Shown here: in pieces, positions 36,314 through 50,174 of the stretch | Layout: each line of letters opens with the position of its first letter | Numbering within the stretch: the stretch's first letter is position 1 | Source: Marsupella aquatica | Lineage: Eukaryota; Plantae; Marchantiophyta | NCBI GenBank assembly: GCA_973895155.1 | Contig: OZ316893.1 | Location: 1,178,860-1,242,859 of the forward strand | DNA: 64,000 nucleotides | Direction: 5' to 3' | Program-made: the position numbers and the translations under genes | The notes under the pieces: model-generated | The model's database searches: none | Told to the model about the DNA's origin: nothing | Seen by the model: only the letters and a program-made list of their open reading frames with translations

Positions 36314-39300
36314 ATGGGTGACTCGGGATGGCCTCCTCTGCCTCCTCTGCCTCCTCCTCCTCCTCATCATCACCATCATCAATCCCCACCACCACCATCT
36401 CCACACCTCCAACAACAACAGCAAGAAGAACATCCATTTGCCTCTCAACATCCGTTTCCTCCCTCTTCTTCCATTTCTTCGTCTTTCCTTTCTCCAGGGG
36501 TAGATCTCCGGCAGCAAGGGGGGAGGGGTGGGGGTTATTCCCTGGTGCCAATCCCCGGGGTGCAGGGGGTTCATCTGTCTCCATCCCTCTACGGCAGTCA
36601 CGTAGAGATGCTGCAGAGGAGGTCCGCGGAATGGCAACACCATCATCTTTCCTTTAATCCTGCTGCTGCCGCTATTGCTCTGCAGCAACAGCAACAACAG
36701 CTGCAATTCCGAAGTGTGCTTGGAGAGAGTGACATCCAACCCTCCAACAATTCACCTGCTCCCCGCGGGGGGAGTGTCGTTGCAGCAGCAGCTGCAGAGC
36801 GAGGAGGTGCTGCACCCCATCAGCAATTCTTTGGCGATGGAGCCGAGCTGATGAAACTTTTACAGATTTCGTCCTCCTCCAAGGACAGTGCAGTAGCGGC
36901 TGGGATTGGAACAGGAGGAGGAGCAGATCCTAAGGCGGTCGTAGATATGCAACAGCCAGGTCTTGGCAATAGCAGTAGCAGTGGTGGAGTTGTCCCTGTA
37001 CAGCAGAAGGCATCCCCAGCGATTGTACACGGACCCATCGGGCCTCCCAAGCGCAGTGAGACCACCATTAGGTCCGTGTCCGCACCTGCAGATGATCTCT
37101 TGGGCCGATTTTGGCCAGCTCCCCCGTCTCCATCTGTCACCAATGGCTCCTCCAAAGATCACGGCAATAGCACCAAATCGCCAGGATTCACGGTCGAAGA
37201 CGGTAATCAGGCAAATTCGGTGTGGCTCAAGGATTTACAACAGCAACGAGTAGGCTGGTGGGGAGAACAACAACACGCCGGGGTAACTGAGAAGAAGTTT
37301 GAGCTACCGGTTGGGGTTGGTGGCGAATCTCTGCTGCATCCCCCTTTTGCCAATCGAGATGCGGGACACCGATTTGGTCTTGCTAGCAGGGGGTTGTATA
37401 CTGTGAACAACAAGGGAATAGGGCTTCCTGAGAATTTAGAGTATCGTGAAGGAAGAGGGCTTTTAGGAGGATGGGGTGGGGATTTCGTAGAGGAGGTAGG
37501 GGGAGTCCCAGGTGGCAGTGGCAGTGGCAGTGGCAGTGGTGGGCAGCTGCAGTATCGGAAGAACAGCAGCACCACCGGGGGAGTGGGAGGAAGATCCAGA
37601 GAGGATCAGCTTTATGGCAAGGTTACGGAGCAGCAAGCTCTGAATTTGAATTCCAATGATCATCACGAGCAGCAGCAACTGCTGGGGGAGGGGCTATCAT
37701 CCAAGGAGTTTGAGATGGAGTACTCCAGGGAGAGTAATGGTCGAGTTGGAGAATGGAGTGGGGGTGCTTTGGGTGGTCGGAGGGGAATAGCTTCTCGAGG
37801 TGCGATTGGTGGAGGCAGGAGGGGAGGGAGGACTGTCACAGGGCAATGGGTAGCTGTGAATGAGAGGCAAAGAGACCGAGAAGGTAGTGTCGAGAGCAGT
37901 TGTAGTGGACCTAGTGGCGAAGCAGGTGGTGGTGGAGACAGTGGGTCGGAGAAAGGGGGTAATTCCACAGTTAATTCTTGCAAAGAGGAGTCAATGTTTT
38001 TTTTCAAGGAAGGGAGCGGGTCTCAGAAACTGAGAGATGATTTAAAGAGAAGACGGGGAGGGCAGCAGCAGGAATGGCGGATGAAGTCCCAAACCTCTCA
38101 TATATCTCAGATTCAAACCCAAGTACAGCCGGGCTCTGGAGCAAAGATGGTGGATATCTTCCCCTCCGGCTCCGACTCATCAGTGCTGATCAATGGCAAT
38201 TACCAGATTTCCAGTCCTCTGAAAATACGCCCTCTGGCCTCACAGGTAGATCACCCCGGTCTGCCTTCCAATGTTGTGCAGGAGTCCCCCGTCAGTCCGA
38301 GATTTTCACCCGAGGAGTCTAAGACGATCTATCATGACCGTGCTGGTTATCTTGCCAACGGAAGGAGTGACGGGAATGAGGATGTTTTTGGGAAGGATGA
38401 CGAGGGGGAACTGGCAGAGGCATTTGCGGGCTACTTGGATCTCATGGATGAGCGAGAAATTGGCCATAGGAAGGGTTTCAATCAAGCTTCTCCTGCCCAA
38501 GAGGTGAGGATGGATGCTTTATCAGAAATCGGGGTTTTCCTCCATATCCCTCAAATATTCTGTCCACTCATGTCTAATGTTTATGGTTTAACGAATGGCT
38601 CCATGCAAAACATTTCACAGACAATTATTGTTGCCCGCTTTTGAACACTGGATCGACAAAAGTCAAATAGCAAAGTTAGCTGATCACACGTCCGTCTTGT
38701 CTCGTTGTATGTGATGTGTGAACTGTTGAATTAGAAATCTTGAACATAGAGAGCTTTCTTAGAGCCTTGACGATTCCTTGACGACTCCTTGACGGTTGAG
38801 ATGAGAGTTGAATTGACAGTAGAGTTTCAACGCGTTTTTTACTTTCTTGGTGTTTTGGACATAGAGTTGTGGAAAGGCAAAATTGTTCGGTGCAAGTTAT
38901 CTGGGAATTGCTGAATTTGATTCTGTTAGGTTAAAGCCAGATTGTCCCATGTGGACTTCCGTTGCTGGTGTCTGAAATGCGCTCGAACGGACACATGAGG
39001 TTTGGCTTTTTCCTGGGCAAGGTTCCGCTTGAAGCCTAATTCCAGTTGTATGTGGTTACAGGAAGTGAACTTTGAGACACGACATGAACACATGCGTGAG
39101 TCCCGAAGACATCCACAGCGCACCGCTGCTGTACCACCCTTGAAACCCGAGATGCGATACCGTCCAGATCTCGAAAAGTTTACTGGTCAAATGCTGACGT
39201 TGTACACGTCGTTAATCCCAACCGAGGAGGAGGAAAATAAACGACGGCAATTCTTGTCCCACCTTGACCATCTCGTAGCTCGGGAGTGGCCAGGAGCCAT

Positions 39301-41261
39301 GCTATTCCTCTTCGGCTCATGTGCAAATGCATTTGGCGTTTGCAACAGTGACATCGATGTCTGCCTCTCAATTAATGACGATCAGCTTAGTAAGGCCGAC
39401 CTTGTTTTAAAAATGGCTGCAATTCTGCGCTTTGACAACATGCAGAATGTCCAGGTATGACTTGTGATTTCACTCTGCGAGCAAGACTAAAAGGTTTATT
39501 GTTTTTCTTTACGAATTTTACTGGAAATTGAAGATCTTTAGAATGAAGTATAGTACTAGTGAGTTGGTCAGTAATGTTGGGAACAGTCTTAGTTACTTCT
39601 TAGTTCTAGTCCTCTTTGCTGTTCAAAGAGAAAGTTTTTTTGTGACACTTGCTGAGGTACTTTTCAATAATCTTTACGGAGTTCTTCCCATTTATGCCTG
39701 GAATTCATTGGATCGCTTGAACTCACTTCTCCTTGAATGGATTCTATCTCAGGCGTTGACCCATGCTCGTGTACCAATTGTGAAGTTTACGGATGCAACA
39801 ACTGGCATATCCTGTGATATTTGTGTCAATAACATGCTGGCAGTTGTGAACTCCAAGCTTCTGCACGACTACTCTCGGATTGATGTGCGTTTACGCCAGC
39901 TTGCATTCTTGGTGAAGCACTGGGCCAAGCGTCGCCAAGTCAATGAAACCTATAGGGGGACTCTATCTAGTTATGCGTATGTTCTTCTCTTCGGCTTTTT
40001 ATTATTTGTACAATTTTGTTCCTGCCAGTGTTTCCTATGGACGATAGTTCGTTTGAGTTGAGTTGGATTGATAATGGCAACAAGCGCTTTCACGTTTCAG
40101 ATCTTAGTTAGGACATTCAGATACTTCATACTTTTCAAGCGATCAACTTACACGGACATGCTGGTGGGTGTGCTTTTTTCCTTCAGTTATGTTCTTATGT
40201 GCATTCACTTTCTTCAGCAACGCAAGCCTGGGATCCTCCCTTGCCTACAGGTACTTGCTTGACTTCTTACTTCTTCTGTAAGTCGTCTATCATATCTATG
40301 ATTTTTAATAGGGAGCCTATCCCTCCCTTATAGGCTTCTGATATCTGTAGTGGAGGGATGCTAGAGACGCCTCCAGACGATACCTTTTTTGATTTGATCC
40401 TTCCCTAGCAAAATAGTTTCGTCGAGATGACAAATAAGCAATGGACTGGACATCAATCAATTGTGTAAAAGTGGTGGAAAGGTTTGGTTTCCCGTGCTTC
40501 GGGGAGTTTTTAGATGTAAGTAGCATTTTCCGCTTTGAGATCACCGTCACGGACTCTTTAGAAGGACTCTTACCGCTGCAGATTTTGGGGGAGGACTACC
40601 TTGATCACCGAGTGGGGTGTCCGACGGTTGCATCACAGGCGTTGACATCAAAGCATATTGTAATGTTTCCTTGTGCAGGAGATGCGACCAACATACAGGG
40701 TGACTGTTGGCAATATTGATTGTGCATATTATGACCAGGTCGAGACTCTGCAGAATGTTGGTTCTGCCAACAAGGAAACGTTGGGAGAGCTTTTGACATC
40801 TTTTTTTGAGTATTGGGCATTTCGCCATGATTACAACAGAGCTGTGGTATCAGTTCGAACTGGAGGTTATCTCAGGTACGTACGTGCCATAGCTGCAAGC
40901 TAGGACCTGCTGAATTGATTGAAGAACTTGCATTGCAACTTTCTGCTCTTTGTCACACTCTTTTTGAGTACTCTGGTTATGAAAGGTCTTTTTGGCCAAA
41001 GCTGCAGAGACCTTGCCAATAATTGATTTGTTGTCGAATTGTAGCAAGGACGAGAAAGAGTGGACACGGCGAATCGGCAATGAACGTCATCTTATATGTA
41101 TCGAGGATCCCTTGGAAATTGTTCACGATTTAGGACGTGTTGTAGACCGCCATAGCATACGAGTTCTCCGTGATGAGTTTCACCGCGCTGCCAAAATTCT
41201 ACGTCATGATCTCAACCCTTGCATAACTCTTTTTGAGCCTTTTATTCGAGAGAAAGCTTAA
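36314..41261 (+). CDS. URT1: UTP:RNA uridylyltransferase (URT1-like TUTase), 6 exons
   Basis: Exons 36314-38503, 39062-39454, 39753-39976, 40187-40250, 40679-40875, 41045-41261. Long low-complexity N-terminus; catalytic [40 protein letters not shown] and [28 protein letters not shown]. Start is the first in-frame ATG and is less certain. Confidence 0.9.
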
Positions 41262-42972
41262 TTTCAATTCATGAACTCCTTTTACCTTAACCTGAGCAGG
41301 TCGCTTCCTGATAAGAGTGACAGGTGGGGACACACTACGGACAGCAAACATCATTAAGGTTTTGTAGGGAGAGATGTAAGAGGTCATATCCTGCCATTAT
41401 GATATAGGTCAATGAAACCGTTGTAGGTTGTGTAAGGCTCAGCCGTAAATCTTTGTATAGATACACCTGTTGAGATCCAGGTGGTTGTTAATCGGCTACT
41501 AAAATATCTCATCAGTGAACGTGTAGTAGGGTTTCATCAGATAAAAAGTTGACCAGGACTTCATGTCACGGAATACATAATTTTTGTGCTTGGGGGGAAG
41601 CCGAGCTGTTTTCCTACCCTGCTTGGAACAAAGGAGTGCGACTCAACATCATTGAAAGAGAAGCAGGTGAAGTGCGTGATAAAACCCCTTATCGGGCAAG
41701 TCTCGAACGGGTGTGGCTGGATCATATGAAGACGTGTTCTCTTGTATATAGGAGGGGGATAGCTGTGGCTTCAGACCTGGGATCCAGGGGTTGGGTGAAG
41801 GAGAATGTATTCCACGCTTTCAATATACGCTGGAACTGCCAGCGATTGGACAGCTGCTGCGACACCCAATACAGCAAAGGTGGGAACTCGGGACCCTATA
41901 GACTATCAGTGCCATTAGCCACTGACAAAAAATCTCCAGCTTGACTGACTTTTGATGCTGAGGACCAGCCCTTTGAAAGTCTCTCCTCAGTCCTCTGTAG
42001 GGTTTAAGTATATGGGAGCTTACCTGCTTCCTGAGAAGAGTATAGGAAGTATGAAGAGTTGCACTAGAGCTAGCAGTTCATCTAGTTATACAGTGTAATG
42101 GGACTACGGACCCTCGGCTTTGTGGTCATTTATTTGTCATTCCACGCCTCGCCAAATATGAGCCTGGAATTAATCATACAGTTTCATACCAAGGTAACCA
42201 AACAGTTGGCCTTTTCTTGTGGTACTTGAAAGGTGGTCCACCATTTAATGTCGATGTGTTGCAAAACATGTTTTGCCTGGAAATGTGCGAGGTAATCAAT
42301 GTACACCTTGCGCACTGCCAGCTCGTCTCAGGATATCTTGCGAGCTCGTCTTGCACATATGAATCCCTCATGATAGCGGAGCTGCGATCTCGATCTTTTG
42401 AGTATATCACATTGTTTCCAAAAACTTTAGATGTTCCCTACAATTTCGAGTATTAAGTGCTGTATTCATTGTTCCAACGATGCACATGTTCCTACCAAAT
42501 TAGACTTGGAGTATTCCTAATCAGTACCACAATAATACAACCAGAAGTGGTGTAATTAGTCTACTGGAAGACACTGGGCTCAAGAGTGGTATGAAAATTT
42601 TGAAGTACCCGGAAGGGGCCAGTCAATGTAAAAGCCATTGAAGGAGTGAAGGGGAGGAGGTGTCAATTCTTTGCAGTAGCTACATTGTGAGTCTTGGATG
42701 GGGTTTGGGGACAAAGGTCCCACGGTTCTGGGACATCTAGCTACCACACATATTATACTTCTACTAGCCCAATGCCCGTATGGTATTGTCAATAGCAAGT
42801 GATGTTCGACGAAAATGTTGTTGAGCTGAAGTGGGATGGTCTAGGCAGTTGACCGCTGTGGGGAGGGGCAAGTTGGCCTGGCAGCTGGATTTCAAGAAGT
42901 GTTGCTATGGGGAGATGGCAAGTCGGTTTGGCATTTGAATTTCAAGATGTGTGGGGCTGCAGCCAGGGAGAT

Positions 42973-43088
42973 TGACAGGGGGGTGTGAAAAAGGTGCAGA
43001 ATGACACCTTTAGGTCCATCTAATGGTCGTGGAGAATGACAGGGTGGGTGTGAAAAAGGTGCAGAATGATGCCTTTAGGTCCATCTAC
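42973..43088. repeat. 64-bp-period tandem duplication
   Basis: TGACAGGG..GGGTGTGAAAAAGGTGCAGAATGA..CCTTTAGGTCCATCTA at 42973 and 43037. Confidence 0.75.
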
Positions 43089-43971
43089 GGTCGTCTAATG
43101 GTCAGTAAAAAATGTCACATAATGTAATGGCTAGGGAATCTTTCCTCCATAATGACATTTAGTAAACAGACCTTGAGAAAAAACAGAATAGTATATTGTA
43201 ATGTTTAGATAGTGGTTACTGTTATTGCAGTTTACGCAAATTACATACGTAAAAGTATCCAACGTGTGAAATGTATGCCCTATGCCCAAACAACTCATTG
43301 CCAAGGGACAGGTTTCAAGGTCCGAGATCTTCTCCTACAATCTGGGATAATATTTGTGGATCAGCAAGGAAAATTTCAACACCTTTCATCATTTCCAAAG
43401 GTCTAGCATATTAATGGCTGCCGGGTTTCAAGCTATTTCCCGTGACTGTTTGAAAAACCCAGGGTCAGAGTGATCAATTTTCGAAGAAAATCTATGGTGA
43501 GTGCTCACCAGATATATAGGCGGAAATTCAGGGCCCATGCTACAGACCTGTAGGGACTTTGGTCTTTCTGATCACTCGGACATGGAAACTAGAGAGCAGA
43601 GAGAAGAATCACAAATTGGGAGTGGAATCGAGTGACACATCGTATCTTGGCGGAGAGATAGATCTCAAGCGGTGTTCCGTGTCACCTCTGAACTCAAGAG
43701 TTGTATGATTTGTCCCACCATCCTTTCCTCGTCTTCTCAGTGGACTCTTCATTCAAGCAAAGACAGAAAGTTAATTATTGATCACAAAGTTCTCAGGACT
43801 TCCTGTTAATTGGCAGCAGTAGCAACAGCAGCTCCTTTTGCATCATAGACAAATCACTGTGGTCGATCAACCGACCGGCGTCTCCACAACACTGTGTGTT
43901 ATTCTTATTCGCCTTCTGAAGCTGCAATTTTTGTGGAACACGGGATAACATCGGCCATTACTGCGTCCCGG

Positions 43972-46658
43972 ATGAAACTGGCTATGGATTCTGATTCGGA
44001 AACCATATCAACGTCAAGGCCAGCCCCTGTATGTGTCCTTCTCTCTCGACTTGGTTCAGCCGCTTCCAGGAAGAAACTCCCCATCTCTTGTGGTGTGTGA
44101 TTCATGACAGATGGAAAATGTTTGTTCCTTGTTGATATCATGGCCCAGTTGGATTCCCATGAATTTTAAATTTATGGATTTTTCGCTCCCTCCCGGCCTG
44201 TAGCTTTCTTCTCTGTGTGCTCTCCATCTGTGTTACAATTTTGGGCCTGTCTACCGTCCTGAGAACTTTTTTGCTCACTAAATATCTTGTCCGCCACTGT
44301 CTTTAAAGGCAACTGTTTAGTTGCTTTGTCCGAGGGCGGTACTCGGGATTGATACATTTACTTTCGTGAAGCTGAGTATACTGGGATTGCCTGAGTATAC
44401 TGGGATTGCCTCAATGTAAAGCTAGAGCAGTCTTTTGAACCATGGGACTAGTTGACATCGGATAACCCCACTTTCACTGATTTGGGGAAATTGATGTGGT
44501 TCACAATCATGAACTTTGACTATGACCAAATTCTTAGTCATTTTCTGAGTATTTTCTGTCGGTGCCTGTTTTTCTTCCCTGTGAACCCGTTGTAAGTGAA
44601 GTGAGAGAAGTCCCTCAAGTATCCTTTATGGGGCTGTCATGCTTTGGAGATATATGTTGTGGGTTGGTCAAAGTGAATGGTAACACTATCGGTGGGGAGA
44701 GGAAACCAGGATTTAATATGATTGTGAGCATTTATATAGTTCTAGATCAAAGGTGGTTTTTGTGTAAGAGTTTCTGGCAAAGATCTGCTTAGATTGATTG
44801 CGCCCACGGATTGGCAGCAAGGGGCAAGGAACAGAAAAGTCTCCATATCACTTGTCAACCCTAGCCACCAGCACCATCTCTTTCCACGTAGGGTAGAAAG
44901 GAATTTGACCACTAAAGCTCGCACAGGTGACTGCCATCAATCTATGATTTAGAAGTATGCCTAAAAGCCAAATTCAATTGTAATTGCTGATAAAAGGATG
45001 CTTTCCGACAGTTCGTGGAGGTCTATGGTGCTGATGGCAAGCGCCGGCGGTTTGCTTCTGGAACTAAGGCAGGTTTTGCCATAGACAGAATCAATCGGAA
45101 TGAACCTGAGATGTCCACGCGGTACTCTTTCATAACGGCGGTCAAAGATAGAGAAGAAGCGATAGAATTTGGTCCCGAGGCAGAGCTTGTAAATTATGGA
45201 GACGGATGGAAACTTCAAGCTGTGCAAGGTATCGTTTCTCCACTAACAATAGTAGTCAGAAAAAATAAAGAACTGTTTTGATGGCCTTCCGGATTTGAAT
45301 GGGTGTGTTTTACTTTCCAGTTTGGCTATCAACCTTTGTGTTTTCACACTGATTGTCAGGTAGATTGTAGTAGTCTGTAATGAGAGGACCTTATCGACTA
45401 GCCACCAAATCGGAAGAATCAGGGGGGACAAGAAGAAATGGTGTCTGAGGGCACTCGTCCTCAAGTTATTGTGTTGCTCCCTTTTTAAGTAATCCTTATT
45501 GCCTCGATATCTCAGAGCTAAAGGCCTTGAAATCGGTTGCATTCGGAGTGGGAGCCAAAGCCAAAGACTTAATGAAGAATGTCAGCCCGCCTGCTCAAAA
45601 GGTAGGTTTGACATTGTGCTCTATCGTGACAGGACTTGTTGAATTGTTTTGCAAGGAAACCTGTAAATGATAGTTGGCAATGCGCTGTTGTGGTATGATC
45701 ACAAGTTTCTAGCAGTAATTTCACCCCACGGATGCAAATTCAAGTTACAGAAGCAGTCATAGGCGCTAGTGCGGTAAGAACTTCCGGATTACTTTTCTTA
45801 AACCCGTTCAGAAGTAGCCATTTCTATTCCACTCATCTCCTACTATCTCATATTGATCAGATGCTCTACTTGATGTGGCAGTGGCATATCTCTCCACCAG
45901 ACCTTCCACCATACAAATCTCAAAGAGATGGGCTGAGATACGATCCACCTCAAATAGCTTCATCTCAGCATGCTATTGGCCACTTCAAAGGTGACAAATA
46001 TGACTTGCCTGTACTGGACAAAAAGTGTACGATGATCATGCCAAGAAGGAACTTGGCCAATTGGCCACAAATTTCCGCCCCAAAATGGTGCTGGCCAACT
46101 GAGACCGAGAGTGGAGTCTCAAGCAAGCAAAGACGGGAAAGGAACTTTGTGTGGGCACACCCGGAGAAAAGACATGCAATCTTAACTAGAATATATTGCC
46201 CTTCACTCTCACCACCTAAGCCGTATCTCTACAATGTCGTTTAGTTCTAGCAGAACTTCTAAATTGTCCCAGTAGGGATACTAGAAAGAGATGTTCTTCT
46301 CCTGCAAGAGGAGGATTTTTGAAGAGCCATATGGAGATGGCTTACAAGATCGCCATATTCTCCTCCAAGCATAGTGTGAGGTTTGTTTTAGTACCTTGAT
46401 CATTTTAGAGCCAATTTCTCTTGGAAAGACCACTCGACTGCTGCATAGAAACGTAGATTATATATCGATTCATATCTTTTAGCTCCCGCTGACCCACATC
46501 TGACATATCTTGTTAATTTGCAGGACTTCAATCGAAGCGATTTCTACTCCGGAGGAATTTTGCCTGAATACTCGCCACCAAAAGACGGTTGGGCCTACTT
46601 TTGGAATATTTCCACTCTGATATGGAGTTTGTTTTCAATGATTGCAATTTGGGTATAA
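43972..46658 (+). CDS. Conserved plant protein of unknown function (At3g07150-like), C-terminal hydrophobic anchor, 4 predicted exons
   Basis: Exons 43972-44028, 45012-45228, 45516-45601, 46524-46658. Core VEV..GKRRRFASGTKAGFA..IN..AVK..EEAIEFGP..LVNYGDGWKLQ recognised from memory. Ends WAYFWNISTLIWSLFSMIAIWV. Outer exons less certain. Confidence 0.65.
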
Positions 46659-48891
46659 TTGTTAGAATCTCAATTCTTTCTGAAGGCATGAAGATGGTTG
46701 TCACTCGCTTCAATGATGCCAGAATGATGTGCGCTCACGGCTAGAAAGTAAGAACAAAAAATGTGTTTGATCTATTCGGCTGACCTATCTGCACAAGGGC
46801 CTGCAGTTTGCATGCGAGACAATGACTTGGCACTTTTTGTAGAAATGAATTTAGAAGCCATGATTTGGAGAAGTTCTTACACACCTAGAATTAAATAGAA
46901 ATCTTGTCTCGTTAGGATATTTTGTACCTACAGCAGCTGCCTCGTCGTGTCCTTGTGAAGGTAAAAGCATCAAGTGTAAGCTAGTACCATCGTAAGCAGA
47001 GTCGACACTACTTACATCCGTTTATGATTGCTGCGTAATTGTGTAAGTCTGGGTATGAAGGGCAATCTTCGACTTCTCTTGACGGTCTTTTTTGGACCAA
47101 CTCCTGGTCCCCGGGGTAAACATTGTCATCGTGAGTCATTTGTACATTCATTTCAAGAGGAAACGTCCTTTGAAAGCACATTACAGGGAAAAGGGCTCTT
47201 TTCCCTTTGATAGAATCCAAATAGATCAGATAGGCAAACTTCACATTTCTTGATCAGGAGATTTTTAACTGAAGAGACAATTTTGCTGAAATCTTCTCAT
47301 CTGACCTGGAGAGCTGCACATTTTGGTTAACTAACGATGATTTTTACAGAAAAGTTCACTGGAGACGTAAACTTTTAGATCCGATGCCTTCATAGTTACA
47401 TTAGTCAGGTGAACTTGAAATTCATGTAGCTTTCAATTTCTTTGCTGTCGGGTCAACTGTACCAAGTTGTTCCCAGGGTTGGAGCAGTCATAAATCCAGC
47501 TTCCTTCAGAATAAATTTTTAACTGCCCCTTGTGATTAAAAATGTTGTGATGGAGGAACTTGTGTTAAATCTACATCAAGTTAATGCAGTCTGTACACCA
47601 GAATATAAACCAATACACTATGTATATGATTTACAAACTAAGTGATTTGTATATTCTGGTTGCATGGTTGACGTAGATTTAGCACGCGATTGATGGAGGG
47701 CCCTGCCAACCAAATAAGTTCTCCTTTGTACAAATCATGACTATTGATTTGAATACCTTACAAACACATCTGGATACACAACTAAAAGACACTTCAGTTC
47801 TTGGGGTAGCTTATCATGTCATTAATCTAGGCATTGTGAAAGAGATCCCCAACCATAAAACTCCAGAAATACAAAAATGTCCTGCACAACCTACCTTAAA
47901 GTACAGAAAACGAAATATGGTTTTGCTGCATTCATTTGTTAAATTCTACTAGTTGGAAATCTTATAGATAAGCTCGTGACAAGAAATTGGGTACACACAA
48001 ATTTGCCTTATCTAGTCTTGAGCTTTGGCCACCCACACGAGGACGGGAATCCCGAACTTAGAATATTGTCCTTCACTAATCCAGTGAAAGACTTTCAGAA
48101 TTGGTGTAAGAACCAATTGTACCATATCATGTACTGAAAGTTGGAGTTCATGAATTTGTTAGAAAGTATTGAATATTTGACCGGTCAGAGACAATAAGGA
48201 ATGACAAGCAATAGAATCATGTTGTCCCTAGCAGAGCAACTAATATTCTTGCCAGGAGAGAGCGGTACAGTCAACTTGAGTGTTTGGAGGAGGGCACATC
48301 TGCTGTCCAATAACAACATTTTGGAAACTTGCAATCAAGGCAAACTGTGAGAATCGGTTTCCGTGACATAAAATGCTCAGTTGCAGACACAAACTCCCTG
48401 GTGTTAAGTAGTAGTTCGGTTGGAGCGGTTGTAAGCGTGACTGGAGAATCATTTTGAGCACTTTTGCTGCCAACGGTAATTGTTACCTTCTCAAAATCAT
48501 ACAAACGTTTCCAATGGTGCTTTTATGGTTCTGTCCACCATGTCACTCATTTCCTAGATGGAATTTTACATGACTTGGAGTGCCTAGAGTTCTCAAAATC
48601 CAGATGAAGGCTAACCAAACAAAAGCTCTGGTAATTTGACAAGGAAAGGGACCTTCTTTGGTGGGGGAGGCTATACAGAATTGCATCGTTATGTTTTCAA
48701 TGATTGGAGAACTTTCTTAATGGACGAGGTGACTAGAAAGATCACAAAATACTTTCATTCATGAACAACATATGCAACCGTCTCCTTGGATACATTGATC
48801 ACTCTGGAAATAGAGAGCTTTTGAGCTCGATGTGCAAGTGGTTGGAAAGTAAGAGAGTTCTTCAAAATTGAAGAGGGAAGATAGTTATGTA

Positions 48892-50174
48892 ATGGCAAAG
48901 GAGGCCGAGGACGAGGAGAAGAAAAGGAAGCAGGAAAGGAGAGAGAGGAGGAAGGAAAGGAAAGCGAAGAGAGGAGAGAAAGTAAATGAATTGAACAGCC
49001 AGGATAAATCGCAAGAAGACAACAACGTTTGGAAGGATGGCAAAATTGATAAGAACAGGAAAGGGAGAAAAAGTGTCACATTTTCAGATTCCTATCCCTT
49101 TGACCAAGCCTACAAAGACGATTGTGTAGCCGATATATTGAGAATATTGTTTGCTAGACTTGAAGAACACGTTGCTGATAAGCCCTTCTATCCCAAATAT
49201 GTGGCACATGCTGTGTCTCGAACAGTTGCCCAGGTTAGATCTACCTATACCATCTCGTCAGAATCAAACTTTTCTAATGTTGCTATTGAGCAAAGTTCTT
49301 AGTAGAATTTACAGGAATGGGCGAGGGAAATAATGATAAAAGGGTTGTAAATGTTCTATGTTCCCAATGGACCTCTTATGACTGATACTAATTCATTCTT
49401 GCATTCTCATCCATAATAACTGGTTTCAAACTGTAAAACATACACTTTCTTACACTTCACTTGATTCAATCTTCAAAACAGAATTTGTGTATCATTGACT
49501 ACAAGGAGAATTGTGTGAAGCATAACATTTCTCTAAAGTGAGAATCAAGCGAAGGTTGTGTTTCCTAGCATACACCTGGCAATGTGAAGCTTACTCCGCT
49601 ATGATTCATTATTCAGCTGCTCCAGTTTAATTGATTTATGCAGATGGTCCAGATGGTGTGCTACAGCCATGTGTATAGGATGAATAACTGCCTGGCACAA
49701 CCAGGAGAAGGGATAGCTCAAGAGTGGAAGATGGAGGAGGAATTAGAACTTCCACCTATTGACACATGGGCTCGAGCTGTAATCCCCATGAAGCAATCCT
49801 CAATACCTGTGACATTTTTTAAGCCCCTCAGGTCACCAGCAGGGCAATTCAAGCAATTTCCTCCACTAGAAGTGGACCATGTCATTGAAATCCCTAGAAG
49901 CCCCATCTGGCGAAGAGCATCAGAAACAAAGTTGTTGAGAAAGTGTTCTCATCATAGAGCGTTTTTCAAGGGAGAGGCAAGGCGAAGAAAGAGTGACAGC
50001 CCAGAAACAATAGCATTACAAAGAAAACAGCTAGGAACGAGGGACCTAAGTAGCTTGCTCCTCGACCAAGCAATGTTGAACAAGATGTTGAAAGCAAAAG
50101 GCCTTCTTCCTCCTCCAAAACCCAAACCATTTGAAGTGCATCTACCCAAGCCTCCTTACTTTGAAAACTATTGA
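48892..50174 (+). CDS. Uncharacterised protein with C2orf81/DUF4639-like motif, 2 exons
   Basis: Exons 48892-49233 and 49644-50174 join in frame (CAG|GT..CAG|ATG). K/E/R-rich N-terminus and motif WKMEEELELPPIDTWARAVIP. Family call from memory. Confidence 0.6.

Noticed and set aside
36068-38007. Antisense ORFs over URT1 exon 1
   Set aside because: Shadow frames of low-complexity coding sequence.
45732-46244. 170-aa ORF
   Set aside because: Falls in a predicted intron and has no recognisable homology.
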